A DNA stretch of 64,000 nt, taken from positions 118,888-182,887 of the forward strand of contig NIVC01001735.1 in assembly GCA_002269645.1 (NCBI GenBank), given 5' to 3'. A program made the position numbers and the translations under genes. The DNA is from Macrostomum lignano (Eukaryota). The notes beneath the pieces are model-generated. The model did no database searches and was not told the origin of the DNA. It saw nothing but the letters and a program-made list of their open reading frames with translations. Shown here in pieces: positions 12,795 through 26,249 of the stretch (within the stretch, counting starts at the first letter, position 1; each line of letters starts with the position of its first letter).

Positions 12795-15700
12795 GGCTGA
12801 TTGGGAATTCAACTGACATGGATTCAGAGCTGATTGGGAATTCAACTGATATGGATTCAGCTGATTGGGAATTCAACTGAAATGGATTCAGAGCTGATTG
12901 GGAATTCAACTGATATGGATTCAGCTGATTGGGAATTCAACTGATATGGATTAAGCTGATTGGGAATTCAACTGATATGGATTCAGCTGATTGGGAATTC
13001 AACTGAAATGGATTCAGAGCTGATTGGGAATTCAACTGATATGGATTCAGCTGATTGGGAATTCAACTGATATGGATTCAGCTGATTGGGAATTCAACTG
13101 AAATGGATTCAGAGCTGATTGGGAATTCAACTGACATGGATTCAGCTGATTGGGAATTCAACTGAAATGGATTCAGAGCTGATTGGGAATTCAACTGATA
13201 TGGATTCAGAGCTGATTGGGAATTCAACTGAAATGGATTCAGAGCTGATTGGGAATTCAACTGATATGGATTCAGCTGATTGGGAATTCAACTGACATGG
13301 ATTCAGAGCTGATTGGGAATTCAACTGACATGGATTCAGCTGATTGGGAATTCAACTGAAATGGATTCAGAGCTGATTGGGAATTCAACTGATATGGATT
13401 CAGCTGATTGGGAATTCAACTGACATGGATTCAGCTGATTGGGAATTCAACTGATATGGATTCAGCTGATTGGGAATTCAACTGAAATGGATTCAGAGCT
13501 GATTGGGAATTCAACTGATATGGATTCAGAGCTGATTGGGAATTCAACTGACATGGATTCAGAGCTGATTGGGAATTCAACTGACATGGATTCAGAGCTG
13601 ATTGGGAATTCAACTGATATGGATTCAGCTGATTGGGAATTCAACTGATATGGATTCAGAGCTGATTGGGAATTCAACTGACATGGATTCAGAGCTGATT
13701 GGGAATTCAACTGACATGGATTCAGCTGATTGGGAATTCAACTGACATGGATTCAGAGCTGATTGGGAATTCAACTGATATGGATTCAGCTGATTGGGAA
13801 TTCAACTGACATGGATTCAGAGCTGATTGGGAATTCAACTGACATGGATTCAGCTGATTGGGAATTCAACTGATATGGATTCAGAGCTGATTGGGAATTC
13901 AACTGACATGGATTCAGAGCTGATTGGGAATTCAACTGATATGGATTCAGAGCTGATTGGGAATTCAACTGACATGGATTCAGAGCTGATTGGGAATTCA
14001 ACTGACATGGATTCAGAGCTGATTGGGAATTCAACTGACATGGATTCAGCTGATTGGGAATTCAACTGACATGGATTCAGCTGATTGGGAATTCAACTGA
14101 CATGGATTCAGCTGATTGGGAATTCAACTGACATGGATTCAGCTGATTGGGAATTCAACTGACATGGATTCAGAGCTGATTGGGAATTCAACTGATATGG
14201 ATTCAGAGCTGATTGGGAATTCAACTGACATGGATTCAGAGCTGATTGGGAATTCAACTGACATGGATTCAGAGCTGATTGGGAATTCAACTGACATGGA
14301 TTCAGAGCTGATTGGGAATTCAACTGATATGGATTCAGCTGATTGGGAATTCAACTGACATGGATTCAGCTGATTGGGAATTCAACTGACATGGATTCAG
14401 CTGATTGGGAATTCAACTGACATGGATTCAGCTGATTGGGAATTCAACTGACATGGATTCAGCTGATTGGGAATTCAACTGACATGGATTCAGCTGATTG
14501 GGAATTCAACTGATATGGATTCAGCTGATTGGGAATTCAACTGACATGGATTCAGCTGATTGGGAATTCAACTGACATGGATTCAGCTGATTGGGAATTC
14601 AACTGACATGGATTCAGCTGATTGGGAATTCAACTGACATGGATTCAGCTGATTGGGAATTCAACTGACATGGATTCAGCTGATTGGGAATTCAACTGAC
14701 ATGGATTCAGAGCTGATTGGGAATTCAACTGACATGGATTCAGCTGATTGGGAATTCAACTGACATGGATTCAGCTGATTGGGAATTCAACTGAAATGGA
14801 TTCAGAGCTGATTGGGAATTCAACTGATATGGATTCAGAGCTGATTGGGAATTCAACTGATATGGATTCAGCTGATTGGGAATTCAACTGACATGGATTC
14901 AGAGCTGATTGGGAATTCAACTGACATGGATTCAGCTGATTGGGAATTCAACTGACATGGATTCAGCTGATTGGGAATTCAACTGAAATGGATTCAGAGC
15001 TGATTGGGAATTCAACTGACATGGATTCAGAGCTGATTGGGAATTCAACTGATATGGATTCAGAGCTGATTGGGAATTCAACTGACATGGATTCAGAGCT
15101 GATTGGGAATTCAACTGACATGGATTCAGAGCTGATTGGGAATTCAACTGACATGGATTCAGCTGATTGGGAATTCAACTGACATGGATTCAGCTGATTG
15201 GGAATTCAACTGAAATGGATTCAGAGCTGATTGGGAATTCAACTGACATGGATTCAGAGCTGATTGGGAATTCAACTGATATGGATTCAGAGCTGATTGG
15301 GAATTCAACTGAAATGGATTCAGAGCTGATTGGGAATTCAACTGATATGGATTCAGCTGATTGGGAATTCAACTGATATGGATTCAGCTGATTGGGAATT
15401 CAACTGACATGGATTCAGAGCTGATTAGGAATTCAACTGACATGGATTCAGAGCTGATTGGGAATTCAACTGACATGGATTCAGAGCTGATTGGGAATTC
15501 AACTGATATGGATTCAGCTGATTGGGAATTCAACTGATATGGATTCAGCTGATTGGGAATTCAACTGACATGGATTCAGCTGATTGGGAATTCAACTGAC
15601 ATGGATTCAGCTGATTGGGAATTCAACTGACATGGATTCAGAGCTGATTGGGAATTCAACTGACATGGATTCAGCTGATTGGGAATTCAACTGACATGGA

Positions 15701-18700
15701 TTCAGCTGATTGGGAATTCAACTGACATGGATTCAGCTGATTGGGAATTCAACTGACATGGATTCAGCTGATTGGGAATTCAACTGACATGGATTCAGCT
15801 GATTGGGAATTCAACTGACATGGATTCAGCTGATTGGGAATTCAACTGACATGGATTCAGCTGATTGGGAATTCAACTGACATGGATTCAGAGCTGATTG
15901 GGAATTCAACTGACATGGATTCAGCTGATTGGGAATTCAACTGACATGGATTCAGCTGATTGGGAATTCAACTGACATGGATTCAGCTGATTGGGAATTC
16001 AACTGACATGGATTCAGCTGATTGGGAATTCAACTGACATGGATTCAGCTGATTGGGAATTCAACTGACATGGATTCAGAGCTGATTGGGAATTCAACTG
16101 ACATGGATTCAGAGCTGATTGGGAATTCAACTGACATGGATTCAGCTGATTGGGAATTCAACTGACATGGATTCAGCTGATTGGGAATTCAACTGACATG
16201 GATTCAGCTGATTGGGAATTCAACTGAAATGGATTCAGAGCTGATTGGGAATTCAACTGATATGGATTCAGAGCTGATTGGGAATTCAACTGATATGGAT
16301 TCAGCTGATTGGGAATTCAACTGACATGGATTCAGAGCTGATTGGGAATTCAACTGACATGGATTCAGCTGATTGGGAATTCAACTGACATGGATTCAGC
16401 TGATTGGGAATTCAACTGAAATGGATTCAGAGCTGATTGGGAATTCAACTGACATGGATTCAGAGCTGATTGGGAATTCAACTGATATGGATTCAGAGCT
16501 GATTGGGAATTCAACTGACATGGATTCAGAGCTGATTGGGAATTCAACTGACATGGATTCAGAGCTGATTGGGAATTCAACTGACATGGATTCAGCTGAT
16601 TGGGAATTCAACTGACATGGATTCAGCTGATTGGGAATTCAACTGAAATGGATTCAGAGCTGATTGGGAATTCAACTGACATGGATTCAGAGCTGATTGG
16701 GAATTCAACTGATATGGATTCAGAGCTGATTGGGAATTCAACTGAAATGGATTCAGAGCTGATTGGGAATTCAACTGATATGGATTCAGCTGATTGGGAA
16801 TTCAACTGATATGGATTCAGCTGATTGGGAATTCAACTGACATGGATTCAGAGCTGATTAGGAATTCAACTGACATGGATTCAGAGCTGATTGGGAATTC
16901 AACTGACATGGATTCAGAGCTGATTGGGAATTCAACTGATATGGATTCAGCTGATTGGGAATTCAACTGATATGGATTCAGCTGATTGGGAATTCAACTG
17001 ACATGGATTCAGCTGATTGGGAATTCAACTGACATGGATTCAGCTGATTGGGAATTCAACTGACATGGATTCAGAGCTGATTGGGAATTCAACTGACATG
17101 GATTCAGCTGATTGGGAATTCAACTGACATGGATTCAGCTGATTGGGAATTCAACTGACATGGATTCAGCTGATTGGGAATTCAACTGACATGGATTCAG
17201 CTGATTGGGAATTCAACTGACATGGATTCAGCTGATTGGGAATTCAACTGACATGGATTCAGCTGATTGGGAATTCAACTGACATGGATTCAGCTGATTG
17301 GGAATTCAACTGACATGGATTCAGAGCTGATTGGGAATTCAACTGACATGGATTCAGCTGATTGGGAATTCAACTGACATGGATTCAGCTGATTGGGAAT
17401 TCAACTGACATGGATTCAGCTGATTGGGAATTCAACTGACATGGATTCAGCTGATTGGGAATTCAACTGACATGGATTCAGCTGATTGGGAATTCAACTG
17501 ACATGGATTCAGAGCTGATTGGGAATTCAACTGACATGGATTCAGAGCTGATTGGGAATTCAACTGACATGGATTCAGCTGATTGGGAATTCAACTGACA
17601 TGGATTCAGCTGATTGGGAATTCAACTGACATGGATTCAGCTGATTGGGAATTCAACTGATATGGATTCAGAGCTGATTGGGAATTCAACTGACATGGAT
17701 TCAGAGCTGATTGGGAATTCAACTGACATGGATTCAGAGCTGATTGGGAATTCAACTGACATGGATTCAGCTGATTGGGAATTCAACTGACATGGATTCA
17801 GAGCTGATTGGGAATTCAACTGAAATGGATTCAGAGCTGATTGGGAATTCAACTGACATGGATTCAGCTGATTGGGAATTCAACTGACATGGATTCAGCT
17901 GATTGGGAATTCAACTGACATGGATTCAGAGCTGATTGGGAATTCAACTGAAATGGATTCAGAGCTGATTGGGAATTCAACTGACATGGATTCAGCTGAT
18001 TGGGAATTCAACTGATATGGATTCAGAGCTGATTGGGAATTCAACTGATATGGATTCAGCTGATTGGGAATTCAACTGACATGGATTCAGAGCTGATTGG
18101 GAATTCAACTGACATGGATTCAGCTGATTGGGAATTCAACTGATATGGATTCAGCTGATTGGGAATTCAACTGATATGGATTCAGCTGATTGGGAATTCA
18201 ACTGATATGGATTCAGCTGATTGGGAATTCAACTGACATGGATTCAGCTGATTGGGAATTCAACTGACATGGATTCAGCTGATTGGGAATTCAACTGACA
18301 TGGATTCAGCTGATTGGGAATTCAACTGACATGGATTCAGAGCTGATTGGGAATTCAACTGACATGGATTCAGAGCTGATTGGGAATTCAACTGACATGG
18401 ATTCAGCTGATTGGGAATTCAACTGACATGGATTCAGCTGATTGGGAATTCAACTGACATGGATTCAGAGCTGATTGGGAATTCAACTGACATGGATTCA
18501 GCTGATTGGGAATCATACATGCGCAACCTCCAAAATTCGGTCGGCCATGCGACTTAGTTTTAACAAAAATGCGACGTAGTTTTTGACCAAAAATGCGACT
18601 TACATGTAATAAAAACTGTAAAGCAAAATTAACGCAACTTTGGGTAAACGGCAGGAGTAACTATGACTGTCTTATTAGGGCAAAATGCCTCGTCAGCTAC

Positions 18701-19080
18701 TTAGTAATACTACTTAGGTTTTTTTGGGTGGGCATTTTTGCGACTTCCTTGATTGGCTGCCAAATCGGTCGGCCGGATCGGCCGACTCGGCCGACTGTTG
18801 CGCATGTATGTTGGGAATTCAACTGACATGGATTCAGCTGATTGGGAATTCAACTGACATGGATTCAGCTGATTGGGAATTCAACTGACATGGATTCAGA
18901 GCTGATTGGGAATTCAACTGACATGGATTCAGAGCTGATTGGGAATTCAACTGACATGGATTCAGCTGATTGGGAATTCAACTGACATGGATTCAGCTGA
19001 TTGGGAATTCAACTGACATGGATTCAGCTGATTGGGAATTCAACTGACATGGATTCAGCTGATTGGGAATTCACTGACAT
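12795..19080. repeat. 6.3-kb satellite of mixed 31- and 33-bp units (gctgattgggaattcaactga[c/t/a]atggattca[ga]) filling ACAP intron 2
   Basis: Periods 33 and 31 measured at 12801/12834/12865; interrupted by the MITE at 18514. Confidence 0.97.
18514..18810 (+). mobile_element. hAT-type MITE with an internal 28S-rRNA-like segment
   Basis: TIR CATACATGCGCAAC..GTTGCGCATGTATG; 8-bp TSD TTGGGAAT on both sides; no ORF. Confidence 0.9.
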
Positions 19081-19176
19081 GGAGTCACATGAAATTCATT
19101 CAACGTGGATTTAACATAAATTACATAATAGTCAGTTCCAATCGTCACTGATGCAAGCAGTCATAAATTAACCAAC

Positions 19177-19425
19177 CTTCAACTCTTTGATCGCGTGCAA
19201 ATAGTCCAGACTAGCAATGCAGTACTGGTTGCGATGCAGCTGAGCTAAATTATCCAAATCTGTTTCAACTTTAGTACGCGACTGGCCCAGGCTCTTAGCC
19301 AGCGAAGCCTCATAATCGTCGCTAGCTTTTTCGAAGGCTTTGGCCAGGTCAGCCAGCGGCTGCAGCGAAGTGTTAATAAAAGTCTGCATCCTGGTCTGCG
19401 TGTCGCGAATTGAAGCCACCAAATC
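19177..19425 (-). CDS. ACAP: ACAP exon 2 of 5 (BAR)
   Basis: Acceptor ctcttcccaaacag, donor GTTGGT; 249 nt; AFEKASDDYEASLAK..SLDYLHAIKEL resembles the ACAP BAR. Confidence 0.82.
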
Positions 19426-19606
19426 CTGTTTGGGAAGAGTTTTGGCAAATATCAAAGCGACAGTCAGTCCTGATAACCTACTTATTCTAATTCCATTGGC
19501 TAGCATAAAAGCAGATATTCGCAGGACTGTCCCGCAACCAGCGGTGCAGCCATTCTACCGATTCGCAGATACTGTACATCTACACACGACAATTTTCGTG
19601 CACAAG

Positions 19607-19897
19607 CATACATGCGCAACAGTCGGCCGAGTCGGCCGACCGATTTGGCGGCCAAACAAGGAAGTCGCAAAAATGCCCACCCAAAAAATACCCAAGTAGT
19701 AGTACTAAGTAGCTGACGAGGCATTTTGACTTAATAAGACGGTCATAGTTACTCCTGCCGTGTACCCAAAGTAGCGTTAATTTTGCTTTACGCTAGGTTT
19801 TTTTACACGTAAATCGCATTTTTGGCCAAAAACTACGTCGCATTTTGTTAAAACTAAGTCGCATGGCCGACCGAATTTTGGAGGTTGCGCATGTATG
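19607..19897 (-). mobile_element. Second copy of the rRNA-containing hAT-type MITE, in opposite orientation
   Basis: Same TIRs; 8-bp TSD TGCACAAG (19599-19606 and 19898-19905); internal sequence is the near reverse complement of 18514-18810. Confidence 0.9.
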
Positions 19898-19974
19898 TGC
19901 ACAAGCCCCAAGGCCCAAACACGGAATCGAACGAATCGTTGGTGGCGCGTTTACCGCTGAGCATCTCTGTCCCG
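19898..19974 (-). mobile_element. tRNA-derived SINE head adjoining the MITE
   Basis: Minus strand gctcagcggtaaacgcg..gttcgattccgtg has A/B-box-like motifs; similar to 33709-33787 and 57290-57363. Confidence 0.6.
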
Positions 19975-20029
19975 TTTTCAAGCTAAACGCAGGCATACAA
20001 TTCCTTTTGCAACTGGAAACCAAACCAAC

Positions 20030-20320
20030 CTGAAAATCGTCTTGAAAGTGTTCAACAATTTTGACTAGTTTCTTTGACGAACTGGTAACTTTATCGTTGT
20101 CAACAAAGGATTCGGTCAGCTCGGTCAGACTGGACGTTAACAGTCCCAGGGAGGCGGCAAACTGCCTGCCAGCTTCGGTCACTGTGGCTAGAATCGATGC
20201 AGTCTTCTGGTAGCGGCACTTCAGCATAGCAACCTCGCGCTCGCTAGCAGCCAGGGAGTCGCGGAACCGAGGCGTGTCCTTGATACCAGCCTCAAATGTT
20301 AGGCTGTTGAGCACTTCCAT
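20030..20320 (-). CDS. ACAP: ACAP exon 1 of 5 (BAR N-terminus)
   Basis: MEVLNSLTFEAGIKDTPRFRDSLAASEREV resembles the ACAP N-terminus (L.FEE..KDSPRFR); 291 nt; GT donor at 20029. Five exons total 2193 nt in frame. Confidence 0.85.
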
Positions 20321-21927
20321 TGTGCAGTAGTTATTAGCTAATGTCAATATTAAAGTCAATGAATTCAGTGGACAGATTGAGTCACATCTGATTTGATTGG
20401 CACAGCAATAAGTATTGGGATGAATATGAGAACATTTGTAATGTGTTACAATATATAGGGCTTACTGCAAAAGGAAAAATCAAAAGCATTTTCCATAAAT
20501 TTTACATGGGTCTTATTTTCTCTATAATAATATATTTGCAATCTCTATATTTGCTAGAGACTGCAAGGACAGACTGACAACTATCACTTATTTGCTGAAT
20601 AGGGTCAATGCCAAAGTTAAAATGTTCTATGTTGCATTGCATTTTTGAGCTACAATTTTAGACCTCTGTGTTGCATGTCTGTAGGCTTTCTACACTTATT
20701 CTAATAGGGATATCCATATATCAATAACAAATGTAGGCTTTGGCATACAAATTTGTACTCAAGCTTCACATAATGCATACTCAAAGATTATATCAAAATA
20801 CATTTCCCCACACATGTGATACAACCCTAAGTGTAGGTTTCATAGAGAGGATTTCAATGGTTTTTAGTTTCAAAAAAGAAATTAATAGATTTTTTACAAA
20901 GTTTTAATTGATAAACTATAGTTTTACCAAGAGAATTTTAATGGATTTTAGTCCTAGTACTCAACTTCTAATGTTCAACTTCCTTATCTCAACTTCTATT
21001 ATTCAACTACTATATAATTTTTTAACTTTTAGCTTGTAATTAAAAACATACTTTTTGAAAAGGTTAAGCAGACTTTTTGACTTGAAATGCATTATAAAAA
21101 TGCTATAAAAAACTGAATGGCTGAATTGTAATTTTTTTTATCATACTAGGCTTTTTATTTATTGTCTGTTTGCTTATTGACAGTGAACTGAATTGTGTCA
21201 CAGTGTTAAAATCACAATGTTTAAGCATAGGCCCCCTAGCCCTATAGTACCAGACTTGATTCAGATTGCTTAACCTTAGTGTTAACTTTAATTAAAACAG
21301 ATACTGACTTGCCTGAAAAATGGATTATGTCATAACTAGGCCTAATTTATAACTTTTAGTCAAACTGATTTGGTATAAATATTCAATTATAATAGAAGTA
21401 CTACAATTTATTTAAAGATTTGAATAGCCTAAACTGCTAATGCAACAACTTGGGTTTGAATCTTAGTATCATAAATTTTTCATTAAAACTTAAAAGCTTA
21501 GCATTTTTTTGTTTTATGATACCCATATTTGCATCAATTTTGTTTTTCAATACTTAATGGAAAGTAATCAAAATTGAAATAGACATAGCCATGATTGCAA
21601 AAATATTACAATTGTAACTTATTAGACCTAGAGCACAACCCTTATATTCAGCTTTGTTAGGCCTGTACAATTCCCTAAATGGAGACTTTGTTAATAATAT
21701 ATCATAAAATAAAAGTGAAGGGGTAGAAATGAAAATGAGGGACAATTTGTTAATATTGTCATATCTATTCCTTTCTAGCCATGGTAGCAAGACACAATTC
21801 TCCTGGCTCTTTAAATTTAATAAATTTTTGCTTCCCTATCTCACTTTTGTTTTACAATGCATTCTTAACAAATTCTCCATTGAGTGAATATAAGGATGAT
21901 GCTTTAGTAATAAGTTACAATTATACT

Positions 21928-22213
21928 CATATATGCACAAACCCCCTGATTTGCACTGGTCATGCGACTTACTTTTTGACCAAAAATGCAACTTACTTAT
22001 GAAAGAAACCCTAGAGCAACATTAATGCAATTTTGGGTAAATGGCAAGAGTAACTATAACTGTTACTCCTAACTGTTACAAGGGCTAAATGCTTCATCAT
22101 CTAATTAGTACTACATCTGTATTCTTTGGGGTGGGCATTTTTGCGACTTACCCCTAGTCTACCATAATTTAGTGGCCAGATCGGCCAAGTTGGCTAGCAG
22201 TTGCACATGTATG
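21928..22213 (+). mobile_element. Older diverged copy of the rRNA-containing MITE
   Basis: Degenerate TIRs catatatgcacaaac..gttgcacatgtatg; flanks ATTATACT/ATTATATT (7/8); internal blocks colinear with 18514-18810. Confidence 0.75.
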
Positions 22214-25200
22214 ATTATATTTATATAGCATTTATATAATCATGGCGGATCCTAGAATATTTGTCAACTTTTTTTATCAACTAAGAGTTGACAAAAATTA
22301 ATTGGTAGTTGGAATGTTCATCAACTGCCAATAGGAACAATGGAATATTTGGCAAATACCAATGAGAAAAGTAGAAGCATATTTTAATAAGTAAATTTAT
22401 TAAACTTTATTGTTCAATAATTACTTGGCGGAAATTAAACTTGCCAGCCATACTACATTTTACTTTTTTGTTTTTCACTTCCAACTTTGACAATAATGCA
22501 GTAAATATGTCTTTATTGTTTAGATATGTTGTAACCAAGAGCTGCTACTATATACTGGTTCTAGTAGCACCATTCGGTGCAATTTTTTTTGGTGCAGTTG
22601 TCAATATTGTTGTTCATTCCATGCAAGTAACAACAAAACAAAACAAAAGAAAATGCATAAGTAGATATATACTCCACAAATCAGTCGCACCTAGCATATT
22701 TTCTCTAAATTGTGTTAGACACTGCCAACTCGCGAGTCATGTACATCTGCTAGCTAGTTCATGCTCAGATTGTAATACACAACAACATTGCACAATTGCA
22801 ATCAACATATATTGAATACACAATACAGTGTATGCAATAAAACATATACAAAGGCAGTTCTCTGATGCCTTCAAACTGGCTGTGGAACTTTTGTCAATAG
22901 GCAGTGAAAGATTTGGAATATTTGTCAACTGCAAAAATGAGGGTTAGAACATTTGTCAACCAAGTTGACAAAAAAAGTTGACAAAAATTCCATAAACTAT
23001 CATGGCTATATCTATTTCAATTTTTACAATTTTTCATTGGGTAGGCCTACTATATAAAACAAAATTGATGCAAATAATAAATAGGGCTATAAGCATTATA
23101 AAAAAAGAATGCCAAAAGCTTTTATTAAATAATTTAGGCCCTATAAAAGACAAGGATTATTGTATTTAATGAGTAAAAGATTATTGCACTTGCACTTATT
23201 GATATATTAATTATTGTACTTGATGAGTTAAGCATTATTGCACTAAATTAGTAAAGGTTTTTGAAATAGCTGAAAAAGTAATTATTGCACTTGTTCTTGC
23301 TGAATAATTTTTTCTCCTTACTTAGCTGGCCAATAGGGGAACTAAATTGCTAGTTTTTACTATTATTATAAATTATATTATAGGGCCTAATACCTCCATA
23401 ACTCAGTCACATTTAAAATAAAAATTTGGGTCACTTTGAGATAATGACAATCAGTCCTACTCCCTACGTTAGCTAGGTAGGCAGTTTTAGCGCGTCGCTT
23501 TTCCATCTTATTTTCTTCACATTTCTATCTTAATAAATATACTCAATCAATCAAGGTGAGCTCGTTGTCGTTCAGTAGTAGTAGTAGTAGTTGTAGTATT
23601 AGTAGTAAGAATTTGGCTCAGGCAATTAGCCTGCTTGGCCAATATATTGTATTGCCATAGGGCAATGTATTTGGAAAATTTTTGAAATTTTTACAGAAGA
23701 TTCGACGAAATTGTAAAGATAAAGTATTTGAAAGCGCGCCAGAATTTTTTACGGTATTTTTGGACGAAAAGTGACGACTTTTTTTATAAGAAACCGACAA
23801 ACTTAAAGTTTTTAAATGAGTGTGAATATGAATATGGATGAGTATAAATATGAGTACAAAAATAAGTACGAATTATTGCTTTGATTACGAGATTACGAGA
23901 TAAGGTACGAATGAAGTTCGAACAAAAAATCGAAAAGAAAAAAATTGATGTAGACCAGTTTTAAAATGATCGCGAATAAGAATAACGATAAATAACCGTA
24001 TTTTATGTCAATATATCAATGCATATATAACCGTGTTACCGTATTACAATAGCATTTAAATATTTGTGTTACCTGTTAAATAAATTGTTTTAACATTTGT
24101 AAATAATTAAGAGTATGCGAAAGGGTATGCGTAATTCGTAAAAATGCATAGAGAAGTTTTGAAAGGCTAACATTTGACGCACAGAAAAGCGGGAAAAAAG
24201 ACAAAATAGCGCCTCAGAGAACGAAGAAATGCAAACAGATAGCACCCAGGAAGAGAAAGCAATTCATGATATCAACAAAAAGAGGAAAGTAGAGAACAAA
24301 GATTCCCTCTTATCATAGTTTCGGGTATTTAAAGAACCAATTAATCAATTAATATTAATAATCTAGTCAAATTTGTGCCAAAAAGAGTTGTTAAACGCCT
24401 GAAAAACACTAAGTGTTTTAGGAATTTTAAGCGTGAACTTAAGAATAAATGTACAAAAATAAAATAAATAACCTGATTTTGGAATGCCAAAAGTGATTCT
24501 TAAGGGTTGTTTGTCATTGTTTAACAAAATTCCTTGGCGCGTTTGTTAAAGGGTTAATTTTAACGAGCAGTTTAAATTAATATGGCTTCCATTTTCCATG
24601 CGGGTTATTTTCCGTTACGTTTTGATTTCTTGGTTCCTAGTCAGTTTGTCATCTGCCATCATTGTCGTGATCTTCATCTAGTGTTTCTAATACCCCACCT
24701 CGATTCGAGTCACTTAGGCTAGTGATTTTAATTAGCGTGCACTAACTATGAAGGGAGTCAGTTCATCAGACCTCAGTCAATGTTAATTTCTAATTCCAAG
24801 GGAATTATTGCGGAAATTTGTGTATATTAGGCCTACACTAAGGGGGCTATAAATTAGGTAAATGAAGGTTTTTTATAAAAAATATATTTTGAAAGACTTG
24901 ACGTCTATTTTTGGCAATTTCTCTTCTAATAGTGGATAAAGAAGGATCCAGATTTCCAGTTTTAGTTTTGTGTAGGCCTATATCATTATCATTGCCATTA
25001 TTGTTGTTTTGTCTATGTATGTTACAAAGCCTGAAAGCCAAGACAAGAATTGTTATCTACCATTTCACTGATTTGTTGATAACAAAGTATTATAAGTAGG
25101 CCTATTCAGCTATTAGTATTTGATAATTTAGTATTTGGTATTTATAAGATATTTCTAAACTAAAGTCATTTTATAGCCATAGGCCTATCATATATATTTA

Positions 25201-25430
25201 CAAGGTTACTTTGCTTAGCCCCATTCTAATCCTAATCAATTCTATAATCCTAGTTTATATCAATAGTAAAATAACTTTGAAAGTTTGATTTTTTCTTTTT
25301 ATATCTTCAATCTTTTTATAGGCCTACTTATTGTTAACCTATGCCTATAGCTTCAATTTAATTTAGATCATGGCAATGATAACATATATTTTTTACAAAA
25401 ATTTAAAGATATAGAGCCTAGGCCTATAAG

Positions 25431-25780
25431 CATACATGCCTAACACCTGTCCAACCTATCCAAACCAGATAGGTGAAATCGCCGCTAGCCAAGGTAAGTC
25501 GCAAAATCAAACATGCAAAAAACAAAAAACAAGGGTAAGAAAAAAGAAGAGGAAGAGAAAAAAATAAAGAAAGAAGTAAGAGAAGAGAGAGGGGAAAAAG
25601 GAAAGAGAAGAAAAGAAAAAATGCAAGAAAATTCATATACAAAATGATAATTAAGTTGCAATTGGGGGAGCAAAGTTGCAATCAGGAGGAACTAAGTCGC
25701 AATTGGGAGAAACTAAATCACAAATCTAGACAAAACTAAGTTGCACCAGATAGGTAAAATTTTGAGGTTAGGCATGTATG
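25431..25780. mobile_element. hAT-type MITE, second subfamily (different interior)
   Basis: TIR CATACATGCCTAAC..GTTAGGCATGTATG; 8-bp TSD CCTATAAG (25423-25430 and 25781-25788). Confidence 0.85.
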
Positions 25781-26100
25781 CCTATAAGCCTAATAAAGTT
25801 AAGCAATAGGCCTATAAAGTAATATAGACCTAATAAATATAATATATTCTATTTCTATGTTAGACTAATATATATTAACCTAAAATTAAAACTTGTTACC
25901 ATATTTTGAATCATGTAGTATATATTCAAAAAATTTTATATGTAAATTTCAAGTTTTCTGGTTTTTAAACTTGTAATAGACATTTAAACAAATGTTTATA
26001 TATATATGTATATATATAATTTAGTCTTTTAGTCCAATTGCAACTTAGTCTTTCTTGCCTTTTTGACTAAACTATCTTTAGTAAAAAATCAATATATATA

Positions 26101-26249
26101 TTTTTGGTAGATAATTTGGTTGCTTATTTATCTTTCTTGCCTTTTTGACTAAACTATCTTTAGTAAAAAATCAATATATATATATATATAAGATAGTTTA
26201 GTCAAAAAGGCAAGAAAGATAAATAAGCAACCAAATTATCTACCAAAAA
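26101..26249. repeat. Perfect 60-bp inverted repeat with a 29-bp (TA)n-containing loop
   Basis: 26101-26160 is the reverse complement of 26190-26249. Confidence 0.9.

Noticed and set aside
18642-18705. Functional rRNA gene
   Set aside because: Only ~64 nt, diverged and embedded in a MITE; no other rDNA in the window
12795-19080. Dozens of short NSQSALNP / IGNSTDMDSEL ORFs; superficially CRISPR-like array
   Set aside because: Translations of the satellite; no unique spacers, no cas genes, eukaryotic intron context
22241-23004. Possible TIR element with catg..tttgtcaac / gttgacaaa..catg ends
   Set aside because: Ends are only partly complementary and no TSD was found
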